Positions 21,486-32,852 of a stretch of DNA of 64,000 bases are shown here, in pieces. Positions within the stretch are counted from its first letter, which is position 1; each line of letters opens with the position of its first letter. Position numbers and translations under genes: made by a program. The notes under the pieces were generated by a model. It saw only the letters and a program-made list of their open reading frames with translations. It searched no databases and was not told the origin of the DNA. The stretch is from Deltaproteobacteria bacterium (GTDB lineage Bacteria > Myxococcota > XYA12-FULL-58-9). The stretch spans positions 1,070 through 65,069 of the forward strand of contig JACRCV010000063.1 in assembly GCA_016218825.1 (NCBI GenBank). Reading direction: 5' to 3'.

Positions 21486-24221
21486 ATGCGGTGGGACCGG
21501 CGGGCATGGCTGCTCTTGGGTCTGGGGACGGCGCTCGGCTGCGCGGTCGACCTCGCCATGCCTGCGGGCTCGCGCGTTACCTGTCGCGCGGTCGCGGATT
21601 GCCCCGCGGCGACGGTCTGCGGCCCGCAGGGGCTCTGTGTTGACCCGCGCGCGCCGTCGGCGACGCTCGTGCCGGGGTTCCAGATCCAACCGCAGAGTGG
21701 CCTCGTCACCAGCGAGAGCGGCGGGGCGGACTCGTTCACCGTGGCGCTGACGGCGGCCCCCACGGCGACGGTGAGCCTGAGCCTCGAAGCCGCCAACCCC
21801 GACGAGACGCTGGTGACCCCGAGCTTCCTCGTCTTCGGCCCCGCCGACTGGGACCGGCCGCAGCGGGTCACCGTGACCGGCGTCCTCGATTGCCTGGCCG
21901 ACGGCGACCACCCATTCTCGATCGTCATTCCGGCGGCGCGCTCGGGGGATCCCGCCTACGACGGCCTCGAGGTCCCCGACGTGCAGGGGACGAACCGGGG
22001 CGACCGCGAGGCGCGCATCGTCGTCAGTCCGACCACGGGTCTCATCACCAACGAGAGCGGCAGCCGCGCCTTCTTCAGCGTCGTGCTCGCCTGCCCGACG
22101 CGAGGCACGGCGGAGCTGAGTCTCGCCTCCTCCGACGAGACCGAGGGCCGCCTCGAGGGGAGCGGCATCCTGACGTTCAATGAAGCGACCTGGAGCACGG
22201 CGCAGACGGTCACCGTGCTCGGCCAGTCGGACTGCGCGCCTGACGGCGACGTGGTCTTTGCGATCACCGGCACCACGAGCAGCGTCGACGACGACGCCTA
22301 CGACGGGCTCGAAGTGCCCCAGGTGACGCTCACCAACGAGGATCAATACGCCGCCGGTGTCCTGGTCTCGCCGATCGCCGGCCTGTCGGTGAGAGAGGAC
22401 GGCGGCCGCGCCTCCTTCGTCGTGGCCTTGACCTGCGCGCCGACTGCCGATGTGCGCCTGGGACTGTGGAGCAGTGACGAGACCGAGGCGACGGTCTCTC
22501 CGAGCTACGTGATGTTCACGCCAGCGGATTGGCGAGAGCCGCGACTCCTGGTGGTCACCGGGGTTGCGGACTGCGAGCGCGATGGTGACCGCTCACTGAG
22601 CATCCTGACCGGGACGATGGCGAGCGCGGACCTCGACTATGATGGCCTCCCGGTCGACGACGTCGAGGTGGTGACCCTGGACACGCTCGAGGCCGGCATG
22701 TCGATCTCCCCGGACAACGGCGCCACCTCCGAGAGCGGGACGTTGGCCACCTTCTCGCTGACCCTGACCTGCGCGCCGCTCGCCGACGTGGCGGTGCCGC
22801 TCGCGATCGACGACCCGAGCGAAGGGGATCTGAGCCCGAGCGTGCTGACCTTCACGCCCGACAACTGGTACGTGCCGCAGGGGATCACGATCAATGGTGT
22901 CGACGACGCGCTCGACGACGGCGACCAGTCCTACGTGCTGCTCGTCCAACCGGCGACCAGCACCGACCTGAGCTACGCCGACTTCGACGGACCGGACGCG
23001 AGTCTCATCAACACCGACGACGACGGCGCCGGCTTCGTGGTGACGCCCATCGGGCCCTTCGTACCGTCGACCACCATCCTCAGATCCACCGAGGCCGGCC
23101 AGAGCCCCACCTTCACCGTCAGGCTCACCGCTCAACCCGCAGCCGCCGTCACGATCCCCCTGAGCAGCACTGTCCCGACTGAAGCCACCCCGAGCCCGTC
23201 CAGTCTCGTGTTCGACGGCCTCAACTGGCAGAGCGCCCAGACCGTCACCCTGAGTCCAGTCAACGACAACGTGGACGACGGTGACATCAGCTACACCATC
23301 AATCTCGCGCCCGCGGTCTCGGCCGATCCGGCCTACGACTCCCTCGATCCGGTCGACGTTCTCGCCAGCAACCAGGACAACGACACCGCGGAGCTGTACT
23401 CCACGCCGACCACCGGAAACCGCCTGTACACCAACGCCTCGGGCACGACGGCCACCTTTCGGGTGTGGCTGGGCACCGCGCCGACCGCCGACGTCACCGT
23501 CGCGGTCTCGTCCGACCACCCCGACGAGGCCACCGCCTCGGTGACAGAGCTCGTCTTCACGCCGACCGCCTATGGCAACCAAACGGTGACGGTTACCGGC
23601 CGCGCCCTCGGTCCCGTCGACGGCTGGCAGGACTACTTGATCAACGTCGGCCCCGCGGTGAGCGCCGACCCCAAGTATGCAGGTCAGGTCACCTGGGCGC
23701 TCGGGTACAACCTCGACGCCGGTGTCAAGCGCATCTTCATGACGGCGGTGACCGTGAGCTCGCGGCTCGGCCAGGCGACGAACGGCGACCCGAGTCACGC
23801 CGATGCGATCTGCGAAGCGGACGTCAAGCCGACCGCCGGCACGTACAAGGCGTTGATCGCCGAGTGCGCCGACGGCAACCAGGCGCACGAGCGCGTCGCG
23901 ATGCCGCAGGCCCCGTGCCTGACGCAGAAGAACTGGGTGCTCCGCCCCAATTGGGGTTACGCGCTCCCGGACGGCACGACGGCGTTTGCCCGGACCAACG
24001 CGAACGCCAACTGGCAGAGCGCCCTGGTGGCGACGCTACAGCCACAGACCACCAACTACTGGACCGGCTTGGACCCGGATTTCACCTTGGGCACGAGCTG
24101 CTCCGGCTGGACCACGACCTCGGGCTCGGCCGATATCGGTCGGGGCGGCGCCGGCTGGACCTCGGCGGGCCCGCTCAACTGCAATTCTCTGACCGCCCAC
24201 CTGCTGTGCGTGGAGCAATGA
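21486..24221 (+). CDS. large surface lipoprotein A: Cys-knot N-terminus, six ~115-aa Calx-beta/cadherin-like beta-sandwich repeats, DUF1554-like C-terminal domain
   Basis: Lipoprotein signal LGTALGC; CxxxxDCPxxxVCxxxGxCVDPR motif; repeats of pattern ...TSESG...F.V.LT..PTA.V...L.S.D..E..V.P..L.F....W..PQ.VTV.G..D...DGD......S.D..YDGL...DV...N.D; C-terminal 166 aa (GVKRIFMTAVTVSSRLGQ...YKALIAEC...NWVLRPNWGY...YWTGLD...CSGWT...LLCVEQ). DUF1554-like assignment is from memory of the family (PF07588), not a search. Confidence 0.7.
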   Translation: MRWDRRAWLLLGLGTALGCAVDLAMPAGSRVTCRAVADCPAATVCGPQGLCVDPRAPSATLVPGFQIQPQSGLVTSESGGADSFTVALTAAPTATVSLSLEAANPDETLVTPSFLVFGPADWDRPQRVTVTGVLDCLADGDHPFSIVIPAARSGDPAYDGLEVPDVQGTNRGDREARIVVSPTTGLITNESGSRAFFSVVLACPTRGTAELSLASSDETEGRLEGSGILTFNEATWSTAQTVTVLGQSDCAPDGDVVFAITGTTSSVDDDAYDGLEVPQVTLTNEDQYAAGVLVSPIAGLSVREDGGRASFVVALTCAPTADVRLGLWSSDETEATVSPSYVMFTPADWREPRLLVVTGVADCERDGDRSLSILTGTMASADLDYDGLPVDDVEVVTLDTLEAGMSISPDNGATSESGTLATFSLTLTCAPLADVAVPLAIDDPSEGDLSPSVLTFTPDNWYVPQGITINGVDDALDDGDQSYVLLVQPATSTDLSYADFDGPDASLINTDDDGAGFVVTPIGPFVPSTTILRSTEAGQSPTFTVRLTAQPAAAVTIPLSSTVPTEATPSPSSLVFDGLNWQSAQTVTLSPVNDNVDDGDISYTINLAPAVSADPAYDSLDPVDVLASNQDNDTAELYSTPTTGNRLYTNASGTTATFRVWLGTAPTADVTVAVSSDHPDEATASVTELVFTPTAYGNQTVTVTGRALGPVDGWQDYLINVGPAVSADPKYAGQVTWALGYNLDAGVKRIFMTAVTVSSRLGQATNGDPSHADAICEADVKPTAGTYKALIAECADGNQAHERVAMPQAPCLTQKNWVLRPNWGYALPDGTTAFARTNANANWQSALVATLQPQTTNYWTGLDPDFTLGTSCSGWTTTSGSADIGRGGAGWTSAGPLNCNSLTAHLLCVEQ

Positions 24222-26980
24222 CGCTGCACCCGCAGGCGCGCGCCTGGTCACCGCTGTTGTCGGTCGGGCTGGTCGTCGCTGCTTCGTGTGGCGTCGAGCT
24301 CGGCGTACCCGCGGACGCCAATGTCCGCTGCACCGGCGCCGCCGAGTGTCCGAAGGGCATGGTGTGCAATCCCCGGGGCGCCTGCGTCGACCCGAGGTCG
24401 CCGCTGGCGACTCTGCCGCCGGCCGCGGTGCTGGTGTCGCCGGCCGACGGGCTCGTGACCAGCGAGAGCGGCGCCGCCAGCGCGTTCACCGTCGTGCTCA
24501 CGGCCCCACCGACGGCGGACGTCACTGTTCGATTGGCCTCGGACTCCCCGGCCGAGGCCAGGGTCGAGCCGGAGGCCCTGGTGTTCACGGCGAGCGACTG
24601 GGATTCCCCGAAGCGCGCGTTGGTCCTCGGAGTCCTCGACTGCGCCGCCGACGGCGACGTGGCCTTCACCATCGTCACCTCCGCCGCCGCCTCCGGTGAT
24701 CCCGACTACGACGGCCTCGAGGTGCAGGACGTCGGCGGCACCAACCTCGGCGACCGGGCGGCCGGCGTGCTCGTGACCCCCACGACCGGCCTCGTGACCG
24801 ACGAGGACGGGGCCGCTGCGACCTTCTCGATGGCGCTCGCCTGCCCGCCGGCGGGCCTGGTCGAGGTGACCGTGGCCGCGAGCGACGACAGTGAGGGCCG
24901 GGTCGACGGCACCGGCCTCGTGGTGTTCGGCGAGCAGAACTGGGACATCGCCCAGACCGTGTCGGTCCGCGGCCAACGCGACTGTGCTGCCGACGGCGAC
25001 ATCAGCTACGAGGTGATCAGCACCGTCATCGCCGGCGACGACCCCACGTACGACGCGATCCCGGTGCCGGCCGTGGCGGTCTCGAATGGCGACCGCAGCG
25101 CCGCCGGGGTCGAGGTGACGCCGGCCGCTGGGCTCGAGGTGCGCGAGGATGCGGGGCTCGACACCTTCGTCGTCGCGCTCACCTGTCCGCCCGCAGCCGA
25201 CGTCACCATCGACCTCGAGAGTGAGGACCTCACCGAGCTGCAGGTTTCGCCGGCGAGCCTGCGCTTCACGCCGTCCGATTGGCAGCTCGCCCGCCTCGTC
25301 GCGGTCACCGGCGTTCCCGACTGCGAGGCCGACGGCGATCGGACCGTGAACATCCTGACCGGCGCCGCCGCGAGCTCCGATCCGAGCTACGACGGGTATG
25401 ACGCGCCCGACATCCAGGTGACCACCCTCGACGTGCTCGAGCCCGGCGTCATCGTGACGGTGTCGCCGCCCTCAGGCCTGGAGATCTTCGAGGGGTCGCT
25501 CGGCGCCTTCTCTGTGACGCTTGCCTGCGCTCCCGATGCCACAGTCACGATCGGCCTCGTGACCTCCGACGCCGGCGAAGGCATCGTCGCTCCGGCGTCG
25601 TTGGAGTTCACGCCGGAAGACTGGTTCGTGCCGCAGGGCGCGGTCGTCACCGGGCAGACTGACGGCCTCCTCGACGGCGACGTCGCTTTTGAAGTGTTGG
25701 TCGAGCCCGCGCTGAGCGCCGATCCCGACTACCAGGGGGTCGATGGTCCGGACGTGACCGTGACTACTCACGACGCTGACGCCCCGGGTTTCATCGTCAC
25801 GCCCACCGGCGGTGTCACCTCGACCGAATCGACCAGCGACCCTGATCCGACCTTCACGGTCGTCTTGACCGCCGCTCCCGTTGCCGACGTGACGCTCACC
25901 CTGACGAGCAGCGACTCCAGCGAGGGGAGGCCGACACCCACCAGCCTCACCTTCACCGCCGGCAACTGGCAATCGCCCCAGACCGTCGCCGTCCAGGGCC
26001 AGGACGACGCGGTCGACGACGGCCCCATCGACTACTCGATCATCCTGTCGACAGCGACGTCGGCGGATCTCAACTACGACGGCCTCGACCCGGTGGATGT
26101 GGCGTGCCGCAACAGCGACAATGACACCGCCTCCATTCGCACCTACCAGCTGATGGCCAACCAACTGAAGGTCGAGTACACCGGGGCGACGGCTGTCACG
26201 TTCTACGTCGAGATGTCCAGTGAGCCGACGGCCGACGTTCACGTGCCGATCGTCGTCGACAAGCCGAACGAGGCCCAAGTGGATCAGCCGGAGTTGGTCT
26301 TTACCGCCGCCAACTGGGCCAGCGACCAGCCGGTGGCGGTCACCGGCCGGAATCTCGGTCCCATCGACGGCTGGGACTACTTCACCGTCCTGATCGGTCC
26401 AGCGACGAGCGTCGATCCGGTTTACGACGGCATGACCGGGATCCCATCCAGGCCGGGAGCCAATCGCGACAGCGGCGCCAAACGCTTGTTCGTCACCGGC
26501 GCCATCGTTGACGGCCGTTTGGGCCAGGGCGCGGACGCGAGCCCTGCGCACGCCGACGCCCTGTGCAACGCGGACGCTCTCAAGCCGTCGACCGGCACTT
26601 ACAAGGCGCTCATCGGCGAGTGTGTCAACGGCGCGACCGCCGGGGAGAGGGTCGCGGTGGGGAACGCGGTCTGTCCGGTGCAGAAGAACTGGGTGCTGCG
26701 CAGCAACTGGGGCTACACCCAGGCCAACGGCACGATGCCTTACGCCAGAACCGACGCCCAGGGGCTCTTCCTCGCCCCACTCACGGACAACAGCGGCTTG
26801 ATGGACTACTTCTGGAGCGGGCTCAACTCCGACTGGACGCCGAGCGCCGATTGCAGCCACTGGGGCAGCACCACCGGGTCTGGCGCGGTCGGCGGTTACA
26901 CCGCCTGGTGGACCTTGCCGCTCGGGTCGGAGCAACAGGACTGCGGCGCCATGCGCCGTTTGTTCTGCGTCGAGCAATAG
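24218..26980 (+). CDS. large surface lipoprotein B (tandem paralogue of A)
   Basis: ATG at 24218 overlaps the stop of A (ATGA). Signal AASCG, the same Cys-knot motif, seven repeats, and a near-identical C-terminal domain (GAKRLFVTGAIVDGRLGQ...YKALIGEC...NWVLRSNWGY...LFCVEQ). Aligns with A along its whole length. Confidence 0.7.
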   Translation: MTLHPQARAWSPLLSVGLVVAASCGVELGVPADANVRCTGAAECPKGMVCNPRGACVDPRSPLATLPPAAVLVSPADGLVTSESGAASAFTVVLTAPPTADVTVRLASDSPAEARVEPEALVFTASDWDSPKRALVLGVLDCAADGDVAFTIVTSAAASGDPDYDGLEVQDVGGTNLGDRAAGVLVTPTTGLVTDEDGAAATFSMALACPPAGLVEVTVAASDDSEGRVDGTGLVVFGEQNWDIAQTVSVRGQRDCAADGDISYEVISTVIAGDDPTYDAIPVPAVAVSNGDRSAAGVEVTPAAGLEVREDAGLDTFVVALTCPPAADVTIDLESEDLTELQVSPASLRFTPSDWQLARLVAVTGVPDCEADGDRTVNILTGAAASSDPSYDGYDAPDIQVTTLDVLEPGVIVTVSPPSGLEIFEGSLGAFSVTLACAPDATVTIGLVTSDAGEGIVAPASLEFTPEDWFVPQGAVVTGQTDGLLDGDVAFEVLVEPALSADPDYQGVDGPDVTVTTHDADAPGFIVTPTGGVTSTESTSDPDPTFTVVLTAAPVADVTLTLTSSDSSEGRPTPTSLTFTAGNWQSPQTVAVQGQDDAVDDGPIDYSIILSTATSADLNYDGLDPVDVACRNSDNDTASIRTYQLMANQLKVEYTGATAVTFYVEMSSEPTADVHVPIVVDKPNEAQVDQPELVFTAANWASDQPVAVTGRNLGPIDGWDYFTVLIGPATSVDPVYDGMTGIPSRPGANRDSGAKRLFVTGAIVDGRLGQGADASPAHADALCNADALKPSTGTYKALIGECVNGATAGERVAVGNAVCPVQKNWVLRSNWGYTQANGTMPYARTDAQGLFLAPLTDNSGLMDYFWSGLNSDWTPSADCSHWGSTTGSGAVGGYTAWWTLPLGSEQQDCGAMRRLFCVEQ

Positions 26981-27156
26981 CGCAAAGGTGGAGCGCGCCG
27001 CACACCGCCGCTCGCCCTTACGAGGACGACGGCCCGGTCGTGCTCTTGCTCAACGAGCTCATCGCCCGAAAGCCCTGGGAGTTCTCCGCCGAGCCCCCGC
27101 ACCAGCGCCGGCAACCTCGCGACGTGAGGCAAGGATGCCTCGGAGGGCGCCTTCCC

Positions 27157-27775
27157 TCACGGGCTCGTGCAGCCGGTCACGTCAAAACTGCAAGTCGCCC
27201 GGCACGACAGCGCGCCGCTCGAGTAACCGAGTGTCACGCAGGTGGCGCCGTCGAGGTCGCTGCCGTCGCACTGCTCGCGCTGTTGTGCGTTGCCGTTGCC
27301 GCAGGTTGGCATCGGGCCCGTGCACGAGCTGAGGTCGAACGCGGCACACGTGGGCAGGCACGAGACGGCTTCGCTGCCGCTGTAGTCAAAGGCCGTGCAT
27401 GTCAGACTGCCGCGAAGGTCGGCGCCGTCACACGGCTCGGCGCCTTGCGCGACACCGTCACCGCAACCGGCGGCAGGAAGCGGGTCGCCCGTCTGTGGAT
27501 CATCAACGACCCCGTCGCCCATTAGGTCGGGGCGGAGGTCGCCCGTCTCACAGAATCCACGAAAACAGACCTGACCTTGGCCACAGTCCGGCTGAGCGAC
27601 GCATGGCGTGAGGCAGCGGTCATCGACGCAACGCTGGTCCGAGGCACATGCCGGCTCGCAGGAGCCGCCTCGGCACGTCGAGAGCGTGCTGAGCGCGAAG
27701 CCCAGCAGCAACAAGCCTGCCCCTGCCCCTGCCTCTGCCCGGCCAGCCGGGCGCCCGGCGCCAGCGCCTGCGGCC

Positions 27776-27789
<14 letters not shown>
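27157..27789 (-). CDS. secreted Myxococcus-type cysteine-rich repeat protein (TIGR02232-like)
   Basis: Signal peptide LLLLGFALSTLSTC, then repeats CGDGVAQGAEPCDGADL...C, CGNGNAQQREQCDGSDLDGATC. The start overlaps the end of the sigma54 activator gene by 14 nt. Confidence 0.55.
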
Positions 27790-29131
<1,342 letters not shown>

Positions 29132-29515
29132 GCGGACAATTTAGGCGACCGCCGCGGGCGGCGCAACGCAGTGCCGCGCTCGGCATGAGCGCCCGCATGA
29201 ACGCCGCGATGTCCTGCTTGGAGACCGTCGGCGCGTGCCGATGCGTGCCTCCTCGAGGAGCATGGCGACCCGGTTTTGCGGCAGCTTGCGTGAGCCGAGG
29301 TCGTCGGTCGTTGTCATGGTCGCGAGCGGAACATATCAGGATGCGCGGGCCTGGCCGCAAGCAGCGACTACGGTCGCTTGCGACGCTCGACCCCCGGGGG
29401 CGCTGACGCGGCTCTGAGGTTCGGGCGCCTCAGCGCCTGACCCACGCTGAGTCAACGCCGCCTCAGGTCACGAGAATTTCCCGTGGGATATCGGCCCACG
29501 CCGCGCAGGATTTGT

Positions 29516-29531
29516 CGGCACGCTGCTTGCT
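29516..29531 (+). promoter_or_regulatory. candidate sigma54 (-24/-12) promoter
   Basis: cGGCACGctgcTTGCt against consensus TGGCACG-N4-TTGCW. It lies 33 nt upstream of the ATG at 29564, placing the TSS near 29542, and is divergent from the FHA-sigma54 activator gene. Confidence 0.5.
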
Positions 29532-29563
29532 TGGTGTGCTCGCAACCACCAAGGAGGCTCTTC

Positions 29564-30256
29564 ATGAAGCGATTCGGCGCACTGTTGGCGATCAGTTGGT
29601 TGATGGGAGCTTGCGGTTCGATCGGCGAGATCGGCTCGGACGACTGGATGAAGGGCTTCGACGACGCACAGAAGGTCGTTGCGGGCCTGGGCGGCAACGG
29701 CGCACCATCGGGCGCGCATTTCAACCTCAACATGATCGGCGTGCCGAAAGACAAGAGCGCCGACATGACCGGGAGCCAGGGTCACAGGATGTTCCTGCCG
29801 TTGTGGGGCAGCGCCAAGATCATGCTCAAGGAAGGCCCGTTCCAGGTGCTCGACGCCAACGGCACCGATGGCACCGCCCAGTTCCAGTTGCCCTCGCCCG
29901 ACCCGGAGAACGACGGCATCACCGAGTACTCCGTGTTCGCTCGTGCTCTGGGTACGCCGGGCGGCTCGGCCACGATGACGACGTGTCTGGAGGACGCGAC
30001 CACCTTGGAGGAGTATTGCAGCATCTATCAGACGGTCCAGGTCCGCTCGACCGGCGGCAGCAAGTTCACCAACGTCTCCCGCGAGCTTCTCTACGTCTAC
30101 GCCGACATCAACGCCGACGGCACGATCGAGCGCGTACCGCTGTTCGCCGACGCTCTTGGCCCGGATGTGCAGGAGATCTACTACTGGCAGTATGACAACA
30201 GCGGGCTCAAGCTCATGCAACTCAGGTTCTATGAGGTTCCGACCAACGTCAACTGA
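29564..30256 (+). CDS. hypothetical lipoprotein (sigma54-promoter-associated)
   Basis: AAGGAGG 6 nt upstream of the ATG; signal plus lipobox LMGACGS. No recognisable domain. Confidence 0.6.
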   Translation: MKRFGALLAISWLMGACGSIGEIGSDDWMKGFDDAQKVVAGLGGNGAPSGAHFNLNMIGVPKDKSADMTGSQGHRMFLPLWGSAKIMLKEGPFQVLDANGTDGTAQFQLPSPDPENDGITEYSVFARALGTPGGSATMTTCLEDATTLEEYCSIYQTVQVRSTGGSKFTNVSRELLYVYADINADGTIERVPLFADALGPDVQEIYYWQYDNSGLKLMQLRFYEVPTNVN

Positions 30257-30420
30257 TTCCCGCCCCGGTCACGCCTGAGCCGGGCTCGGCTCGCGCTCAT
30301 CTCTCGTCCATGTCGGGGCAGAGCCTGGCGGTCGCTCGCACACGATCCCGGTTTCGTACCCACTCCGACCCCGTCATTCCACATCGCCGCCGCCCCCAAA
30401 GCCCGATAGACTGCCGGGTC

Positions 30421-31968
30421 ATGGGGACCGGTCTTCGGGAGAGCTTGAGACTGAGGCGGCCGGCGCTGGTGTTGGCGGTGGTCGGCGGCTGCCTCATCTT
30501 TCTCGGCTTCTGCGGCTGCGACCAGTTCTACCTCGAGTGGGTGGCGCTGGTGCCGGTGCTCTGGGCGCTCGACGACGACAGTCTGAGTCACAAGGAGGCG
30601 ATCGGCATCGCCTGGTTGTTCGGCTTTGTGGCGCACCTCGGGGCCTACACCTGGATCACCGGGATGTTGATGGACTTCGGCTACCTGCCGTGGCCGCTCG
30701 CGATCTTGGTGTACGCGCTGTTGTGTCTGGCGCAGAGCGTGTTGTTCGCGGTCTGGGGCTACGGGGTCTGGCGGTTGAAGGTCGGCCACCGCGTGTCGAT
30801 GGTGTGGTCGACGCCGGTGATGATGGTGATCGCCGAGTGGCTGGTGCCGCAGCTGTTCCCGTCGTATCTGGCGAACTCGCAGTACCGCCAGATCTACTTC
30901 ATCCAGAGCGCCGAGATCTGGGGGCCGCTCGGGCTGACCTTCATCCTGACGATGTTCTCGGGGTTGGTCTACGAGACCTTGGCGTGGCGCTGCCGCCGTC
31001 GGGGGCGGGCGCCGGTCTTCGCCGCCGCGGTCTTCTTGGGGCTGTTCGCCGCCAACCTCGCGTACGGCTACGTCGCGGTCGCCAACATCGACGACACCGT
31101 GGCGCACACCGACACCCGCCTGAAGGTCGGCATCGTCCAGGTGAACATGGGGATCTACGAGAAGGACGACAACCCGGCCGAGGGGACGCGCCGGCACCGG
31201 GAGCAGAGCCTCGAGCTCGAGGCGCAGAAGGTCGACCTGATCGTTTGGCCGGAGTCGGGCTACAACTACGGTATCGCCGACAGCACCAAGAACGTCGCGC
31301 GTCAGGTGTTGGGGCCGGTCACCACGCCGCTGATCTTCGGCGCGGTGCGGATCGCGAACGGGCCGAAGGGCCGCGAGCCTTACAACTCGGCCTTCCTGGT
31401 CGACGGCGACGGCACGGTGCTCGGCACCTACGACAAGACCTACCTGCTGGCGTTCGGCGAGTACCTGCCGTTCGGGGACTGGCTGCCGATCCTCTATCGA
31501 TGGTCGCCACACACCAGTCACTTCCGGCGCGGCACCCACACCAAGCCGTTGACGTTGAACGGCGTCAGCTACGGCCTCTTGATCTGCTACGAGGACATCC
31601 TCCCGGGGTTCGTGCGCCAGGTGATGGACCACGAGCCGCAGGTGCTGGTGAACGTCACCAACGACGCCTGGTTCGGGAAGAGCCGCGAGCCGCGGATCCA
31701 CTTGGCGCTGGCGCTGTTTCGCGCCGTCGAGCATCGGCGTTTTCTGGTGCGCGCCACCAACACCGGCATCAGCGCCTTCGTCGACCCGGTCGGTCGCATC
31801 TTGTCCGAGACCCCGATCTTCGCCCGCGCCAACCTCGTCGAGACCATCACGCCGCTCTCGGGGCGCACGCTCTACGCGTCGTATGGCGATTGGGTCGCGG
31901 TGCTCTCTGTCGCGCTGCTCATGTGGTGGGCGCGCCAGGTGGTGGTGCGGCGGCTGCGGCGCGGCTGA
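30421..31968 (+). CDS. lnt: apolipoprotein N-acyltransferase
   Basis: Multi-TM N-terminal domain plus a C-N hydrolase domain with catalytic Glu-Lys-Cys context (VWPESGY ... LICYEDIL); 515 aa. Confidence 0.85.
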   Translation: MGTGLRESLRLRRPALVLAVVGGCLIFLGFCGCDQFYLEWVALVPVLWALDDDSLSHKEAIGIAWLFGFVAHLGAYTWITGMLMDFGYLPWPLAILVYALLCLAQSVLFAVWGYGVWRLKVGHRVSMVWSTPVMMVIAEWLVPQLFPSYLANSQYRQIYFIQSAEIWGPLGLTFILTMFSGLVYETLAWRCRRRGRAPVFAAAVFLGLFAANLAYGYVAVANIDDTVAHTDTRLKVGIVQVNMGIYEKDDNPAEGTRRHREQSLELEAQKVDLIVWPESGYNYGIADSTKNVARQVLGPVTTPLIFGAVRIANGPKGREPYNSAFLVDGDGTVLGTYDKTYLLAFGEYLPFGDWLPILYRWSPHTSHFRRGTHTKPLTLNGVSYGLLICYEDILPGFVRQVMDHEPQVLVNVTNDAWFGKSREPRIHLALALFRAVEHRRFLVRATNTGISAFVDPVGRILSETPIFARANLVETITPLSGRTLYASYGDWVAVLSVALLMWWARQVVVRRLRRG

Positions 31969-32043
31969 CGCGAAAGATTTTCCAGCCAAACGCGCCGGCC
32001 CCGCTGTAGGTCCAGCGTACGACCCGAACCCGAGGAGACTGCA

Positions 32044-32778
32044 ATGAAGAAAGAGATCTTCCTCTCTTGTTGGATCAGTGTCGTCGCCGGTGGCTGTCTG
32101 TCGTTGCAGGGCAACGTCGAGGATGGCGCCAGCACCGAGCCGACGCCGATGTTCTTGCACGCTCTCGAGCTCGAGCCGGGCTGCTACGTCACGCCCCCGG
32201 TGGCCGCCGCCGACCCGTCGGCAACGCCGGACATGTTGAGCGCGGCCCGCCAGATGCAGGATCTGAACGTGCAGTACAACGCCCAGTTCGTGGCGCTGGT
32301 GGTCGAGCGGGTGCTCGAAGACGCTTCGGCGCCGGCGTGGTCGTTCACCTATGAGATGCCCGGGCCGATCACCATGGTCCAGTCCGTCGAGCCGACCCGG
32401 CGCGAGCCCGAGGCGAGCGAGTTCGTGCTCACCACGACGCGGAAGGGCTTCGAGCAGGTCGATCCGAGCGGCCTGCAACAGTATGTCGAGCGCACCATGG
32501 TCGCCCGCGGCCACGCGGATCTGCACCAGTCGACGCTCGACCTCGAGGGCACCTCGTATCGCTGGAACGACAACAGCTTCGAGGTCCGCTACCTGGGCAT
32601 CAGCCGCAGCGTCGGCGACGACGGCCAGCCGACCTGGCGCCAGGCGCTGTTGAGCTTCCTGCGCGGCTGCGACCCGGTGACCGGCGTGAGCTTCGAGGCC
32701 ACCGCCTCGACCGAGTTGCGCTGCTGGAGTCGCGACCGCCAGCCGGTGTCGTGCATCGGCCTGGATCTCTGGCGGTAG
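32044..32778 (+). CDS. hypothetical lipoprotein
   Basis: GAGGAG RBS; signal plus lipobox SVVAGGC. Confidence 0.55.
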   Translation: MKKEIFLSCWISVVAGGCLSLQGNVEDGASTEPTPMFLHALELEPGCYVTPPVAAADPSATPDMLSAARQMQDLNVQYNAQFVALVVERVLEDASAPAWSFTYEMPGPITMVQSVEPTRREPEASEFVLTTTRKGFEQVDPSGLQQYVERTMVARGHADLHQSTLDLEGTSYRWNDNSFEVRYLGISRSVGDDGQPTWRQALLSFLRGCDPVTGVSFEATASTELRCWSRDRQPVSCIGLDLWR

Positions 32779-32852
32779 GCTCTCGCGCCCGTCCGGCCGG
32801 CATTGCCTCCGTCCCGAGTTGCGTGCAGATTCGGGAAAACTCGGGAGCGCCC

